DNA of 64,000 bases from Mobula birostris (lineage: Eukaryota), in contig NC_092394.1 in assembly GCF_030028105.1 (NCBI RefSeq), positions 16,345,939 to 16,409,938 on the forward strand, read 5' to 3'. Positions 1 to 13,300 of the stretch are shown here, piece after piece. The notes beneath the pieces are model-generated. The model was not told the origin of the DNA, did no database searches, and saw nothing but the letters and a program-made list of their open reading frames with translations. A program made the position numbers and the translations under genes. Numbering within the stretch: the first letter of the stretch is position 1; each line of letters begins with the position of its first letter.

Positions 1-632
1 ACAGTTCACCATCTTGTTACATTAACGGCATTTCCTCCTTCTCCACAGACCCTATTCAACCAGTTGTACACTTCCAGCAAGAAAGCACTTGCCTTAACAT
101 GTTATAGCTATCATTCCTAATGTGGACAAACAGAAGTTCTCTTTGATAGGAAAGTGTTGTATTTTTTAAAGGCGAGTTTAAGAGCTGTTGGTATTTAAAG
201 AGGCTTAGATATTTGTTCGTTTTTCGCGCGTTCGGGTATTTGATGCTTTCTTGGACGGTGTTTTGTTTCGTGGCTGCCTGCGGGAGGACGAATCTCAAGA
301 GTTGTACTCCATATACAAACTGTCATAATAAATATACTTTGAATCTGTGTAAATGAATCAAAGCTGATGTAGAGTGAGCAATTAGGAAGGAAAACAGCAC
401 GCTGACCATGGCTGTAAAATTATTTAAGCGCTAGAATAAAGATATCCTACTTCAATTACATAGGGTTTTTTGTAAAACTGCGCTTGCATTATTGCATCCC
501 GATGGACAGCACTCTCCTATCCGTCCTCCCAATAACCGACTAGAAACCTCCGCCTCAGAGACATCCCATATTTTGAAAGGAAGGCCGCAGGCGGCCTGGC
601 GGAGAGAGCATCACCGGGTAAAGTGCATGTAC

Positions 633-765
633 CGGGCTCACTGCTGAACTCGAGCTCCGCAGCCAACAACTCTGCGTCGCTCATCTCCGGCACCACCGCC
701 GTTCCATCCCCATCACTGTTCCGTCCGCCGGCTTCCGGCTCCATCCGTTCCGCGTCCAAGTTCAT
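633..765 (-). CDS. Putative first coding exon of an unidentified gene divergent from LIAT1 (MNLDAERMEPEAGG...MSDAELLAAELEFSSEP)
   Basis: CpG-rich ORF segment with an acidic, protein-like composition. ATG at 765, possible donor G|GTACAT at 632. No homologue recognised; later exons would lie outside the window. Confidence 0.35.
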
Positions 766-1134
766 CACTAATGGAGACACCCGTTTATATTTACATATAT
801 ATATATAGGAATATCGGACTCTCTGTGTCAACTCTCCTTTATTGCCTCCCCGGCTCTCAGCATAACAAGAATAAAATACGTAACAGGGAATCTCCCAACA
901 CGGTAAAGGAGCTCTTACACAAGCCCCTGTGTTGTCGCGGAGTGATACTTGACCTGTGAAATTTTAAAAAAGTAAAAACGTTAAACCAAAAATAAATAAA
1001 CTATAGGCGTTATTGTAAATAAGAGTTAAGTATCATACGTTCGCTCTTCACTGGTCTTTAATCGTTATTTGATCTTTAACTTTTGGACTTTTTTCTGCGC
1101 AGGTGCTTTGCTGTTGGGGAGAGAGTAGAGAGGC

Positions 1135-1148
1135 GTCGCCATGGTAAC
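1135..1148. promoter_or_regulatory. RFX X-box motif GTCGCCATGGTAAC
   Basis: Matches the RFX consensus GTNRCC-N(0-3)-RGYAAC. Near-palindromic, inside the CpG island, followed by a CGTCA CRE half-site at about 1150. Confidence 0.65.
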
Positions 1149-1532
1149 GCGTCACTCGGCGCGTCGGTGCAGCTTGTGCATTGGGATGGAGGGAGAAAGG
1201 AAATTTTTACCACAGAGGAGGATAAAATTATTAACTAAACCGCAAATGAAATAGTAATGAACAGCCTGTCATCGATCCCCTTGCTCTGCATTTAAGATCA
1301 GAGCAAACTAGATCATATTGCATGAAATGTAAAAGTCGGGCGATCGAAATCCAGGAAGCAGGAAGTTTTAACGAAAGTTAAATTACTGTTAGACTTCAAG
1401 GGTCGGCCAACGTGCACGCACGCATTTTCTTATTTACCCACAGATCTAGAAGACGTTTGTTGTTCTGGCAACTTATAAAACTTCCAAAACTAAACCGATG
1501 CTACGGCGTGGGTTAAGAAAAGCTGCGAGCTG

Positions 1533-1710
1533 ATGATGGAAGACAATACACCGGCCAGCGGGCACAAGGCAAAGTCAGCCGCGAAGTTCACTGGTGATTC
1601 GGCAGTAAAGAAGAAAATCAAGAAAAAGGGTGTGAAAGAAAAAAAGAATTCCCGCAAAACAAGGAGAAGCTCTTCAAGTACGCCATTAACCTCAGCTGAA
1701 ACAGTAATGG
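1533..1710 (+). CDS. LIAT1: LIAT1 (ligand of ATE1, C17orf97) coding exon 1, Lys-rich N-terminus
   Basis: ATG at 1533 with an in-frame upstream stop at 1491. KKKIKKKGVKEKK tract. Phase-1 donor ATGG|GTAGGA at 1710/1711 matches the phase-1 acceptor at 9961. Confidence 0.8.
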
Positions 1711-1952
1711 GTAGGATAAATAACCATTGAATAGGGATATCAATTCCCCTTCCCCCCAACACTCACATTCCACTCGTCCCAACCGTGGTTAAGGTAATCT
1801 GCTATTGAAACTATTTGTTACTGTAGAAGTATATATTCTAATCTATAATGTACTCTTGTAAGTGGTTTCCTATAATGTTTTACTTTCTCTAAGCTTATGG
1901 TCTAAATCTCCTACTTACACCAACTAACTTGTACCAAATCTCATTACACCAT

Positions 1953-2031
1953 CTCGGCCCAAAACATCGACTGTACCTCTTCCTAGAGATGCTGCCTGGC
2001 CTGCTGCATTCACCAGCAACTTTTATGTGTG
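1953..2031 (+). mobile_element. 79-bp 3' tip of a Penelope-like element with a 9-bp TSD
   Basis: Nearly identical to about 5693-5771 and 37943-38021. TTACACCAT flanks it at 1944-1952 and 2032-2040. Confidence 0.8.
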
Positions 2032-2149
2032 TTACACCATGTTTGTTTGTATGTTTATTTATTATTTATTCATTGAAATAAGGCATGGAATACTCTCTTC
2101 CGGCCCTTCAAATCTCATTACACCGTGTTTGTTTGTTTGTTTATTCATT

Positions 2150-2415
2150 GAGATACAGCATGGAATAGGCTCTTCCAGCCCTTCGAGCTGCACTGCCTAG
2201 CAACCCACCAATTTAACCCTAGCCTAATCACGGGTCAATTTACAATGACCAATCAACCAACCAACCGCTATGTCTTTGGACTGTGGGAGGAAACCAGAGC
2301 ACCCAGAGGAAGCCCACGTGGTCACAGGGAGAACGTACAAACTCCTGCCAGTGCTGGAAATTTAAATCAGGTCATCTTTACTGTAAAGCATTGTGCTAAC
2401 CACTACTCTACTATG
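2150..2415 (-). mobile_element. tRNA-derived SINE (elasmobranch HE1-like); related copies near 12180, 16500, 17140, 18140, 20000, 27766, 28590, 36720, 39390 and 53420
   Basis: Shared tRNA-like head and central motif gggtttcctc...tgctctggtttcctcccaca repeated across the window. Family name is from recall. Confidence 0.7.
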
Positions 2416-4820
2416 CCACTCTTTACCAAGTTGGCAGACTTGCATTCACTCTGAGATAAACGTTGCCTTGATGATAAATTTGAAACCTTTGTCTTCAAAT
2501 GCATCCCTGATCTCACTCCTGTCTGTAAATACCAACAACCCTTTAACTTCCTTCACTAACAGCAGCCATGCCCTCAAGGCCCTAAGCTCTTGAGTTAATT
2601 GTCTCCGCCTCTGCCTTTTTTTTCTGACTATAAGTTGGTACCATCTTGTCATTTGCCCAATACAACATGATAATCAGTTTTGGTTCAGTATTACTCCGGT
2701 GGTGACCGGAAACATTCAACCTCTTGAATGCCAAAGGCTGGCTGGCTGGCTATCTTTCTAAATTGGCAGGAGCCTTTTTTACATCTGTGGTAATACTGAG
2801 GGAAAATAAGTACAAGGGCATCATTTTCATAAAGACGTGAGTGGTTGGCACAGGGGCCCTTTAACACCAAGCCCCCCCCCCCACCCATCCTCCTGTGCAC
2901 GAGCTGTTCATCAGCTCCCGCCTCAGCTTCCCTTGCACAACTGCCCATGTTCCCTGCCCCTGACACGGGCGGTGCAACTATCCACATTCCTGGGTGGAGA
3001 ATCTGTGGAATTCATCGCCAACTACGGCTATGGAGGCCGAGTCATTGGGTACACTTAAAGTGAAGGGTTGACAGTCCTTTGATTAGTAAGTGTGTGGTGT
3101 CAAAGATCACAGGGAGAAGGCAGGAAAATGGGTTTGAGAGGGATAATGAGTGGGCAATGATCAAATGGTGGTGCAGAGTCAATGGGCCGAATGGCCTAAT
3201 TATGTTCCTTGGTCCATGGTGACCTCCCTGGCCCAGGCACTGGCCTCATCTTTCCAACACAAGCTTGACTCACACACCTCGCCCTGGTTCCAGCAGCAAA
3301 CTGCTAAACCACTTCAGTCATTTGTCTGCCCATCTCAATGGCCCATAGCTCCATCTGACATTCGCCCACATTCTCACCCTGCTGGTGGAAGATCCAGACT
3401 ACAGCTGTAATGGGTCAGGATCTAAACTACAAACTAGGATATTCTCTTCCAGTCAAAAATTTACAGACTTTGTCATATCTTTAATCACTTGTTGCAACTG
3501 TGAACAAAGTCATCAGTGGGACACAGAAGATAGTGGATATAGAAGTGTTTATTCATCAAAAACGAGCAACAGGCACCATAATCGAGACACTCTTTGAAGA
3601 GGTATGCCTGACCCAATATTACATGACATTTTTATATGCTAAAGATCAAAGGTAACAGCAGGACAAATCTATAGTTACAATGTATTTACAATGTGTCCTT
3701 TGAATTACATCTAATTAGCAAACACCACCTTCTTCACACTCATGCTTCAGACAGCCAAAATGAACGTTAATCAGCATTCTCCCCCTCTCCCCCACCTTTC
3801 CCCCACCCTCCCCCCTTCTCCGGCCGGATTCATGCATATGCCAACCTCAAGTGAATGTGTGTTTCCAGGTTTGCAATCAACCCCAATCTGCAGCTCCAGG
3901 AAAACTATTGTTCAGAGCTGCATTTTAAATTCAATCTACAATCCACATCCAAATTTGAAAATTAGTTGCTGTTGAAATTTGCTATTTCCACCAACTCTAG
4001 AATATGCCCTAAACACATGAGAGAAAAATTTCTGATTAGTTGTGTCAAATTTCCAAAAATATAGAACATAGAAATCTACAGCACATTACAGGCCCTTTGG
4101 CCTACAATTTTGTACTGACCATGTAACCAACTCTAGAAACTGCTCAGGATTTCTCTAGCGCATAACCCTCTATTTTTCTAAGCTCCATGTACCTATCTAA
4201 GAGGCTCTGAAGAGATCCTATTGTATCCAAATTTCATAATCAAATATTATATTATAGAAACCATTAGAGTACCAAACAGGAATTACAACTATCTTTGAAA
4301 CAGGAAGCTACAGACACCGGTAACAAAACCAGAACCTTGGCTAAGAACAGACAAAATGACACTTCATAAGTGTCATCAAAGAAAAGAGAGGGGCAAATAT
4401 GTGAGAAATACATACAGTATTTCAAAGAAAATACCAACAAAGTACCTGCAGCAGCTTTAGAATGATCATTTGGATGACGTAACGACTTACCTCAGGCAAC
4501 TGTTAGAAAGAATTACTAACAAAATTAAAAAGGCAAAGAAAAGGCAGTTCCAATGAAGAGGCTTGGCCAGAAATGTCAGCTGTTCATTCCTCTCCATAGA
4601 TGCAGCCTAACCAGCTGAGTTCCTCCAGCATTGTGTTTGTTGCTTTGGATTTCCAGCATCTGCAGATCTCTTGTGTTTAAAGAAAAAGCAAGTGTGGGTG
4701 TAAATAGGGAATGGTTGGCTTAACAAAAGGCAAGGAAATTGGAGATAGAAAATATGGAAAAGTTTGGTAATAGAAAAATAAACCAGCTAAGAAAAGTGGA
4801 TAATCCAGCACAAAAATCAT

Positions 4821-5810
4821 TCTCCGTAACTTCCACCACCTCCAACGGGATCCCACCACTAAGCACATCTTTCCCTCCCCCCCCCCCCGCTTTCCACAGA
4901 GATCGCTCCCTACGCGACTCCCTTGTCCATTCGTCCCCCCCATCCCTCTCCACTGATCTCTCTCCTGGCACTTATCCTTGTAAGCGGAACAAGTGCTACA
5001 CATGCCCTTACACTTCCTCCCTTACCACCATTCAGGGCCCCAGACCGTCCTTCAAGGTGAGGCGACACTTCACCTGTGAGTCGGCTGGGGTGATATACTG
5101 TGTCCAGTGCTCCCGATGCGGCCTTCTATATATTGGCGAGACCTGACGCTGACTGGGAGACCGCTTTGCTGAACACCTACGCTCTGTCCGCCAGAGAAAG
5201 CAGGATCTCCCAGTGGCCACACATTTTAATTCCACGTCCCATTCCCATTCTGACATGTCTATCCACGGCCTCCTCTACTGTAAAGATGAAGCCACACTCA
5301 GGTTGGAGGAACAACACCTTATATTCCATCTGGGTAGCCTCCAACCTGATGGCATGAACATTGACTTCCCTAACTTCCACTAATGCCCCACCTCCCCCTT
5401 GTACCCCATCGGTTATTTATTTTTATACACACATTCTTTCTCTCACTCTCCTTCTTCTCCCTCTGTCCCTCTAACTATACCCCTTGCCCATCCTCTTTCT
5501 CCCCCCCCCCCCTGTCTTTCTCCCTGGACCTCCTGTCCCATGATCCTCTCATATCCCTTTTGCCAATCACCTGTCCAGCTCTTGGCTCCATCCCTCCCTC
5601 TCCTGTCTTCTCCTATCACTTTGTATCTCCCCTCCCCCTCCCACTTTAAAATCTCTTACTAACTCTTCCTTCAGTTAGTCCTGATGAAGGGTCTCAGCCT
5701 GAAACGTCAACTGTACCTCTTCCTAGAGATGCTGCCTGGCCTGCTGCGTTCACCAGCAACTTTGATGTGTGTTGCTTGAATTTCCAGCATCTGCAGAATT
5801 CCTGTTGTTT
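4821..5810 (+). mobile_element. 5'-truncated Penelope-like retroelement (GIY-YIG endonuclease remnant plus 3' repeat)
   Basis: VIYCVQCSRCGLLYIGET (GIY-YIG) followed by a premature TGA. 11-bp TSD ACAAAAATCAT at 4810-4820 and 5811-5821. Lies in the LIAT1 intron. Confidence 0.9.
5677..5712 (+). ncRNA. Minimal type-I hammerhead ribozyme motif (stem I mismatch)
   Basis: agtc-CTGATGA-agg/gtctcag/cct-GAAA-cg-TC-aact; catalytic core intact. Confidence 0.7.
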
Positions 5811-6234
5811 ACAAAAATCATGGGATAGGTTGTCAAAGAGGACCCAGCTTACATCACATCATCAAATCAATGTCAATAAGGAGCCACTTTCTCTTGGATG
5901 CCAACTGGTTGCTTCCAGTTTTGGCCTATGATTTAGATTTTGCTGCCTATTTCTCTGACATGTATGACTTTTAATGTACTTCCTCTTAGTGACTGACAAA
6001 TAGAAACAGCCACCAATATGGCTTTCAATACAGCTAGTACTTCTGTAGAATGGCATAGTGCAGAAAGAACCTATTGAGTCCACCCCACCTGTCCCAATCT
6101 TTTGAAATAAAGTTTGATTAACTCTTGTCCTGTTATTGTTTTACTCATGTTCCTGAAAAAATTGTCTTTTTTACTATCAAATATGTATCCAATCCCATCT
6201 GAATATCACTGTTGATTCTTTCCAACATTTCAGT

Positions 6235-7315
6235 AAGGGTTCAAAGGTTCATTTATTGTCAAAGTATACAACTCTGAAATTCTTCTTCTCTGGGTAGCCA
6301 AGAAAGAAAAGAAAGGCAGCACGATCATCAACCCCCAAAATAGCCCCCTCCCACACAAAAAAGCGAACAAAAGTGAAACAGGCACATTAACCCCCCCAAA
6401 TTTTCCCACTTCCTGCACAAAAAAAATGAACAAAAACGGAACAGGAACATCAACCCCCAAATCCCCATCCCCACACAAAAAAAAACAAAAATGGAACAGA
6501 CACATCAACCCCAATTCCCCACCACCAACCTCCCCTGCACAAAAAAAGAGAAAGATCGGGCAAAAAAAAAAACAAAATACAAAAAACTATAGGACCCCCC
6601 CAAAAAAAAGTCTACAGTCCAAGGTCCAAGTCCACATCCAAAACACAGAAAACCTGGGCAACATTCTCTGGGCACAACAACAGGCTCTCCTCTCTCTGCT
6701 AGCGTAGCAGAGTGATCCTCAGTGATCAAAAGGCAGGCAGCCTTCACTCACCTTCCAATGTTTCAATCTCCCACATCGCTTTAATCGGCACACACTGGAA
6801 GCTTTAATTGGCGAAATGGAGTGTCAAACATCGGCTCACGCTCCATCCCACAGCCTGCCCACCATGAGGTTCAGGCACGCTGCCTCTGTCTCCCAGAGTC
6901 CTCTCGGAGACTGCAGAGCGCGGAAGTACCCAAATGATCTCCAAACTTCCTCATTCGCCTCGATGTTTCAATCTCCCTCGTCGGTTTAATCGGCGAACTA
7001 TGGAAGCTTTAATCAGTGAAATGGTTGATTACTTTGTTGAACATTGGCTGTGCCCTGCAGCCATCCTGTGGCCTGCCCGCCTTGAAGTTGGTGCACACTG
7101 CCCCTGCCTCCCAGAATTCTCTCGGAGACTGCAGAGCGCTGAAACACCCGAACAATCTCCAAACAGCAAATCAGAGGCTCCAACAGTTCTAGAATCACAT
7201 TCAAGATGAAAAACAAATGTAAGGGACATAAAGGAAGTGAAATATATGGTTTCATGATCTATCCAGAAGATGTCAACTGAAGGAGCATTGTACACAGGCA
7301 CCATCTTGACCAGAA
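6235..7315 (-). mobile_element. Non-coding retroposon with internal tandem duplications
   Basis: Minus strand starts with CAAGATGGTGCC and ends with AATAAA plus a short (TTGAACC)-like tail. Four units of about 60 bp (6320-6560) and two units of about 205 bp (6750-7160). Confidence 0.55.
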
Positions 7316-9818
7316 ATCCTCAGCACACATTGTACTTAAAAAGCATTTCTTGTGTTATCCCTGATTCACTTGCCAATCATATTCCATCTGTGATATCTGA
7401 CTTTCCTTTCTACAGCTGCACATTCCATCTAGACCTTTTGCAAGTTCAAGCAGCTCTGGTAAATCCCCTTTCCCTGTTCAGAAGCAGGGGTCCCCAGCCC
7501 CTCAGTTAATGGTAGGGATAATAAGAAAACAGCTGGGAATCCTGGTTCAGAGGAAATAAGCTGAGTTTCTCCAGTCTACTATCTTCCCACAGCTTTCACA
7601 TTCCCCCGACCCATGGCATCATTTTGCAGCTATTCGGCATAATGTTGACCACAACAGAGCTCAGCCAACTTTGATGATGTTGGACAACCAATAAGATACT
7701 GAGGGGTTTTGATAGGGTGGGTGTGGAAAAGACTTTTCGTCTTCTGGGAGATTCTAGAACTGGAGAGTGGGAGTGGTCAAACTCAGCTTTGTTTAGGATA
7801 GAAAGTGTGATTTTTTTCTCTCTTGGAGGGCCATGAGTCTAATTCAAAGGATTTTGGAAGCAAAGCCTTTGAGTCTTTTTATGGCAGGGGTAGACAGGAA
7901 CACAGAGTTCCGGTTATCAGGTATGCTAATCTTCTTGAATAGCATAGTATACCTGTAGGACTGAAGAGTCTACACTTACTTCTAATTTGTATGTTCATTT
8001 CTACATATTTGACACATTTCATGTCACATTCTAGTAAAGCTAATCTATTTTGCTGAAACTACTTAAACTTTGTCAAGCAAATAAAATTTTAAAACAAAGT
8101 CTTGACAGTCCAGGTATATTATTATAGTGATAACTTACCTGCCCCAGGCTCTGTACAGGGTTCTACAGAAGAAGGATAATGACAAGGCATGTACATATGA
8201 ACTTTAATGACTGTTTTAGCAAGATTTTTGCTCATTGTTGTGTGCACTGCAGGGGGCTTTGGGGTTCTTATGTTTTTTCTGCCATTCATTCTTTGAGGGT
8301 TTTCTTCTGTTTCGAGGATGTCTGCGGAGAGTGAGAATTTCAGTTTGTATATTGTGTACATTCTCTGATATTAAGTGGAACCATTGACAGCAACCCCTCC
8401 CAATCCCTAAAGAGTTCATCCATTTTAGAGCAAAACTTCCTCACTCAAATTGTGCTTATAAATAAAGATAAGAGTAGCACCACCTTTACAAGGCGGCAAT
8501 ATTGCAATTCAGCCAGTAGATGGCAGTCTAATATTAGAAACTGTAACGGAACAGCCCTGATTACTTAAATAATCTTAACTATTCCTGGGTATCTACAGAT
8601 GATGCAGATATTTTTAAGATGTATCTGATATCTCAGATAAAAATCTTTAGTGTATGACAATCTAGGATTACACCCAGCCGTCCATAAGAAGAGTATTTAC
8701 CATCCACAAACATCTTAAGAAATTCAGAAGAGTGTTAGGTAGGAATTAAACCAGGTTGGTTGTTTACTTCTTCCGTAAGGATGTAGATGCAAAGACTTTG
8801 CATGAACTTGAGACATCAAGGAAATAATAGAAATTAAAATGACATGTACACGCAAGATCAGTCTCATATTGGTAATTACTTTAATATTGCCATATGTACT
8901 GAGACACAGTAATAAAACTGTACCATCTACACCAGGGGTTCCCAACCTGGGGTCCGTGGACCCCTTGCTTGATGGTATTGGTCCATGAAATAAAATAGGT
9001 GTAGATTCTACACAATCTTATCAAACATAAATACACCGAGGTACTACAAAAAGAAAAGCAGTAACAGAATGCAGAATATGGTGTTGTAGTTACAAAGGAA
9101 ATGCAATGCAGCTAGACAAATAAGGTTCCAAGGACCATGACAAGGTAGATTGAAATATCAAGAGCTCATTCTTGTTGTGCTAGAAATCTATTCAGGAGCC
9201 TTATAACAGCAGGATATTTGTCTTTGAGCCTGGTGGCGTGTGTGTTTCAAGCTTTTGTTTGCTGATTTTGGTAATTACAATATTGTAAACAGTTGTACAA
9301 TAGTGTGTGCAAATTCACCCAGCTACTCTGCATGCCCATTTCCTGATTTTATTTATTTTACATTGGTATTCAGAGTAGAACCCAAATCTTAATTTTAAAA
9401 TGTCAGCAAATAAAATTCACCTACATCGATTTATCCAGATCCAATCTTTAAAAAGTGCAGAGATTATAATAGCCGTATCCTTTTGATGTAAATCTTCACC
9501 TTAAATTATGTTAGTGTTTCCTTATTACTATGTACTGAGCTTGTTTCCAGCAATCTACCTGATAAATCAAACTCCTGAAACACTGCTTTTTTCATTCGAT
9601 GTCTCAGAAAGGCAACATCCATCATTAAGCATCCCTATCATGCAGGATATGCTTTCTTCTTATTACTGCAATCAGAGGAGGTACAGGAGACCAAAGACAC
9701 ACAGTCAACACTTTGGGAACAGCTTCTTCCCTTCCACCATCATATTTCTGAACAGGCAATGAACCAACTCATGAAGATTACCTTACTATTTTTGCTCTCT
9801 TTTTGCAGTACTTTTTAA

Positions 9819-10313
<495 letters not shown>

Positions 10314-13300
10314 AATCCATACGTCATCAGCAGTGAAATCTACCAGCAACTAGCCTCAAAAGATCACGCAAACGCTTACTTTATGGGGCAAAGTACCTGA
10401 AGTACAAAATGTATTGAAGTGTACGCAGTCAAAGGAACTAATCCTCCAACTACAGACATTCTCTCATAGTTGGAAAGCTACACACATAATGTAAATTGTG
10501 TTTAAAATCACCTTGATGTTTGATGGTGTCTGCAAATGTCCGAGAAATATCCTAAATAGAATCAACCAAAATTGAAGTTGGTGGGGTAGCATCTTGTTTT
10601 GCATTTCATTTTCAGGTTTAGAAACTGGTATGCACTTTAAGATTGAAACAATCAAGATAGGATTAGAGTATTACAGTGCTTAAGATTTTTTTTAAAAATT
10701 AAGGAAAATGATTCAATCTGAGTTTCTATTTTTGGAAAAAATAAGATCCCTGCTTCTAAGGGGGACTTCCTAGTTTCATTATAATTATTATGAGCACAAA
10801 TGGTAAAATAGTTGGTGCTTTAACCAGTGCAGTCTAATGGCTTTCTTCTCCCTCCTGTAAATTCAGACCAAATCAAACTTGAGCTGTTTGAACAGATGTC
10901 TGTAATTGATAACCCAGGACACCAAACACTTTCTCGTGCCTTAGTCTTGTTCTTTAGTGAGAGATGTTATGAAATGGTGATAATCTGATTTTAAGGTGGA
11001 GTAAAGCCCCCATCTTCTCATGTTCATCCAGTAAAGTTAAGATCCTTTCACCGGCAGGCACAGTATCAACTAATTTGAATGTGTGGGTCATAAGATCATC
11101 AATCAAAGACTTCTGCATCCCACGTCTATGCTCTTGCAGGAGCCCCAAGGTTTAGTGACTTGTAAGAGACTAGACCAGTTCTGCAGTTTCTCTCAAATAA
11201 GGTGATCAAACGGATGATTAAGTAATTACTCCATTCAGGTGAGAAACCATGTAATAAAACCATTTCTGGCTACTCCGTCACCCCACCCCACCCCACCCCC
11301 AAGCTATGGCCTATGTCTAGCATGATTCTCCTTCTAAATGGCACATCCAGTCCTTTCTGATAATGCAAGTTAACTAAATTTACACCAAAACATTTCAACA
11401 AACCAACTCAGAGTTGAAGGGTGATGGGTACTAAGATAATGTATAAATTTTAAAAAGTCATTTTAAATTTTATTAAGATAGTAATTTATAAACTTTTTTT
11501 TATTTGCTATTTTTGTGTATTTCAAAATTACAAATCCAAAATCAATGCAAGTGTATTGCATGCACAGAAATACCTCATCCAGGTTATTTTTACACGTTGC
11601 TAACAACTTCTGATATGTACAACTATTAGCAAAACCCAAGTCCCCGAAGACCAAAATCTGCAAAAGGCAAAATGTGTGACATACTCCACAGGCCAAGCTG
11701 TGTTCGGAGAATCAGAATGTTTCAGACCAATGATCTTTCCTTGGGGAAGGGAGGGAAGATTCTCATGAAAGACAGTGGATATGAAAGATCAACTCTTCCT
11801 TACTTCACAAGTTCTGACTTGGACTATTTTTTTAAATTCTAAATTAATATTTGTTTGGCTATCAAGCACTTAATTTGTGATAACTGAACTATGTAACTAC
11901 AGATCAAGCATTATAGCAATGCCATGGTCTCTAAAGATTACACACAAAGATAAAACAAACATGCTATTAACAAAGGAATTTATATTGGCAATGGCCCAAT
12001 CAGCACCTTCTCAGACAAGGCAGCACACTGTATTTGCTTTCCAACCTCCAATTTAAACATTCATGTCCTCCTGAACCAGCACATCATTCTGCAGTGGATT
12101 TCCTCAACAAGATGCTCTGTCACAACTCACCAAGGTTCTTTCAAAGGCATCTCACAAGCTCCTGGCCTATATTCTGAAGGTGGCATGGTAGCGTACTGGT
12201 TAGCATGATGATTTACAGTACAGGCAACCTGTGTTCAATTTCCACTGCTGCCTGTAAGGAGTTTGTGCATTCTGCCCGTGACTGTGTGGGTTTCCTCCTG
12301 GTGCTCTGGTTTCCTCCCACAGACAAAGATGTACCAGGTGGTAGGTTAATTGGTCTTTGTAAATTGTCCCATGATTAGGCTTGAATAAATAGAGGGATTG
12401 CTGGGTGGGGTGGCTCAAAGGGCAGGAAGGGCTTATTCCACAATAAATAAGTAAAATAAATTCCTGGTGGGAAAATGTTTGCAGGCTTGTGGAGCACTGC
12501 CACCACCCAAGAAATCCCTTCTAATAGACACACCATGCCAATTTGCAAGCATAGTCCCAGTTCCGTCACTGTCATTGGGTCAAAAGCCTGCAGCTACCTA
12601 CCCATCAGTACAGTAAGAATACCTTCTCCACATAGACTGTAACATTGCATTCCAAATCAGCACCAACTCTAGGCAATTAGGGTTGAACAGTAAAGTAATG
12701 CCTTGACAGTAATGACACAATCATGTATGAATTTCTGTATTTAAATGACCTGATTGTACAATCATCTGAAGTTGCTTCCAAGCACTCTGCTGTTCCTGGT
12801 GAATAATAAATCATCAGCTCCTGGAGCTAGTCAGACTGGATCAGCAAGCACCTGTATTCAAATTAGACATCTCAGTGGCTGCTATTTAATACAGCTGTTA
12901 CAGCTTTTCCACTTTACCCACTACTGACAAATTGCCTAGGGCTAGTTATGCATTTTCATTAACAGCTAAAGTGATTGTTGGAAACCTAGAATCAGGTTGC
13001 CTCACCATTTACTCTGTTCATAAAATGAATAGTGTACACTTTATGCATGTACATTTGTGTTAAAACATTGTAGTATCCAATTTAACTTTTTGCTAGAACC
13101 AAAATTCTGACCAATTTTTTTTTTAAAATTGAAGAAAGGAAAGATTAGTTTAACTGAGGACACTGGATACACAAATGCAGATGTTACTAACCTGGACCAC
13201 TTGGTTAATGGTAGGGGTCCATGGCATTGAAGAGGTTGGGAACATCTGTTCTAATGAATGTCTTATAAACCTCAAATACACTATTACCTATAGTTAATCT

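Larger units (their letters stand above)
200..1800. promoter_or_regulatory. CpG island / probable bidirectional promoter (LIAT1 and a divergent gene)
   Basis: High CpG density compared with the CpG-depleted bulk of the window. It spans the LIAT1 start and a divergent CpG-rich ORF. Boundaries are approximate. Confidence 0.75.
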
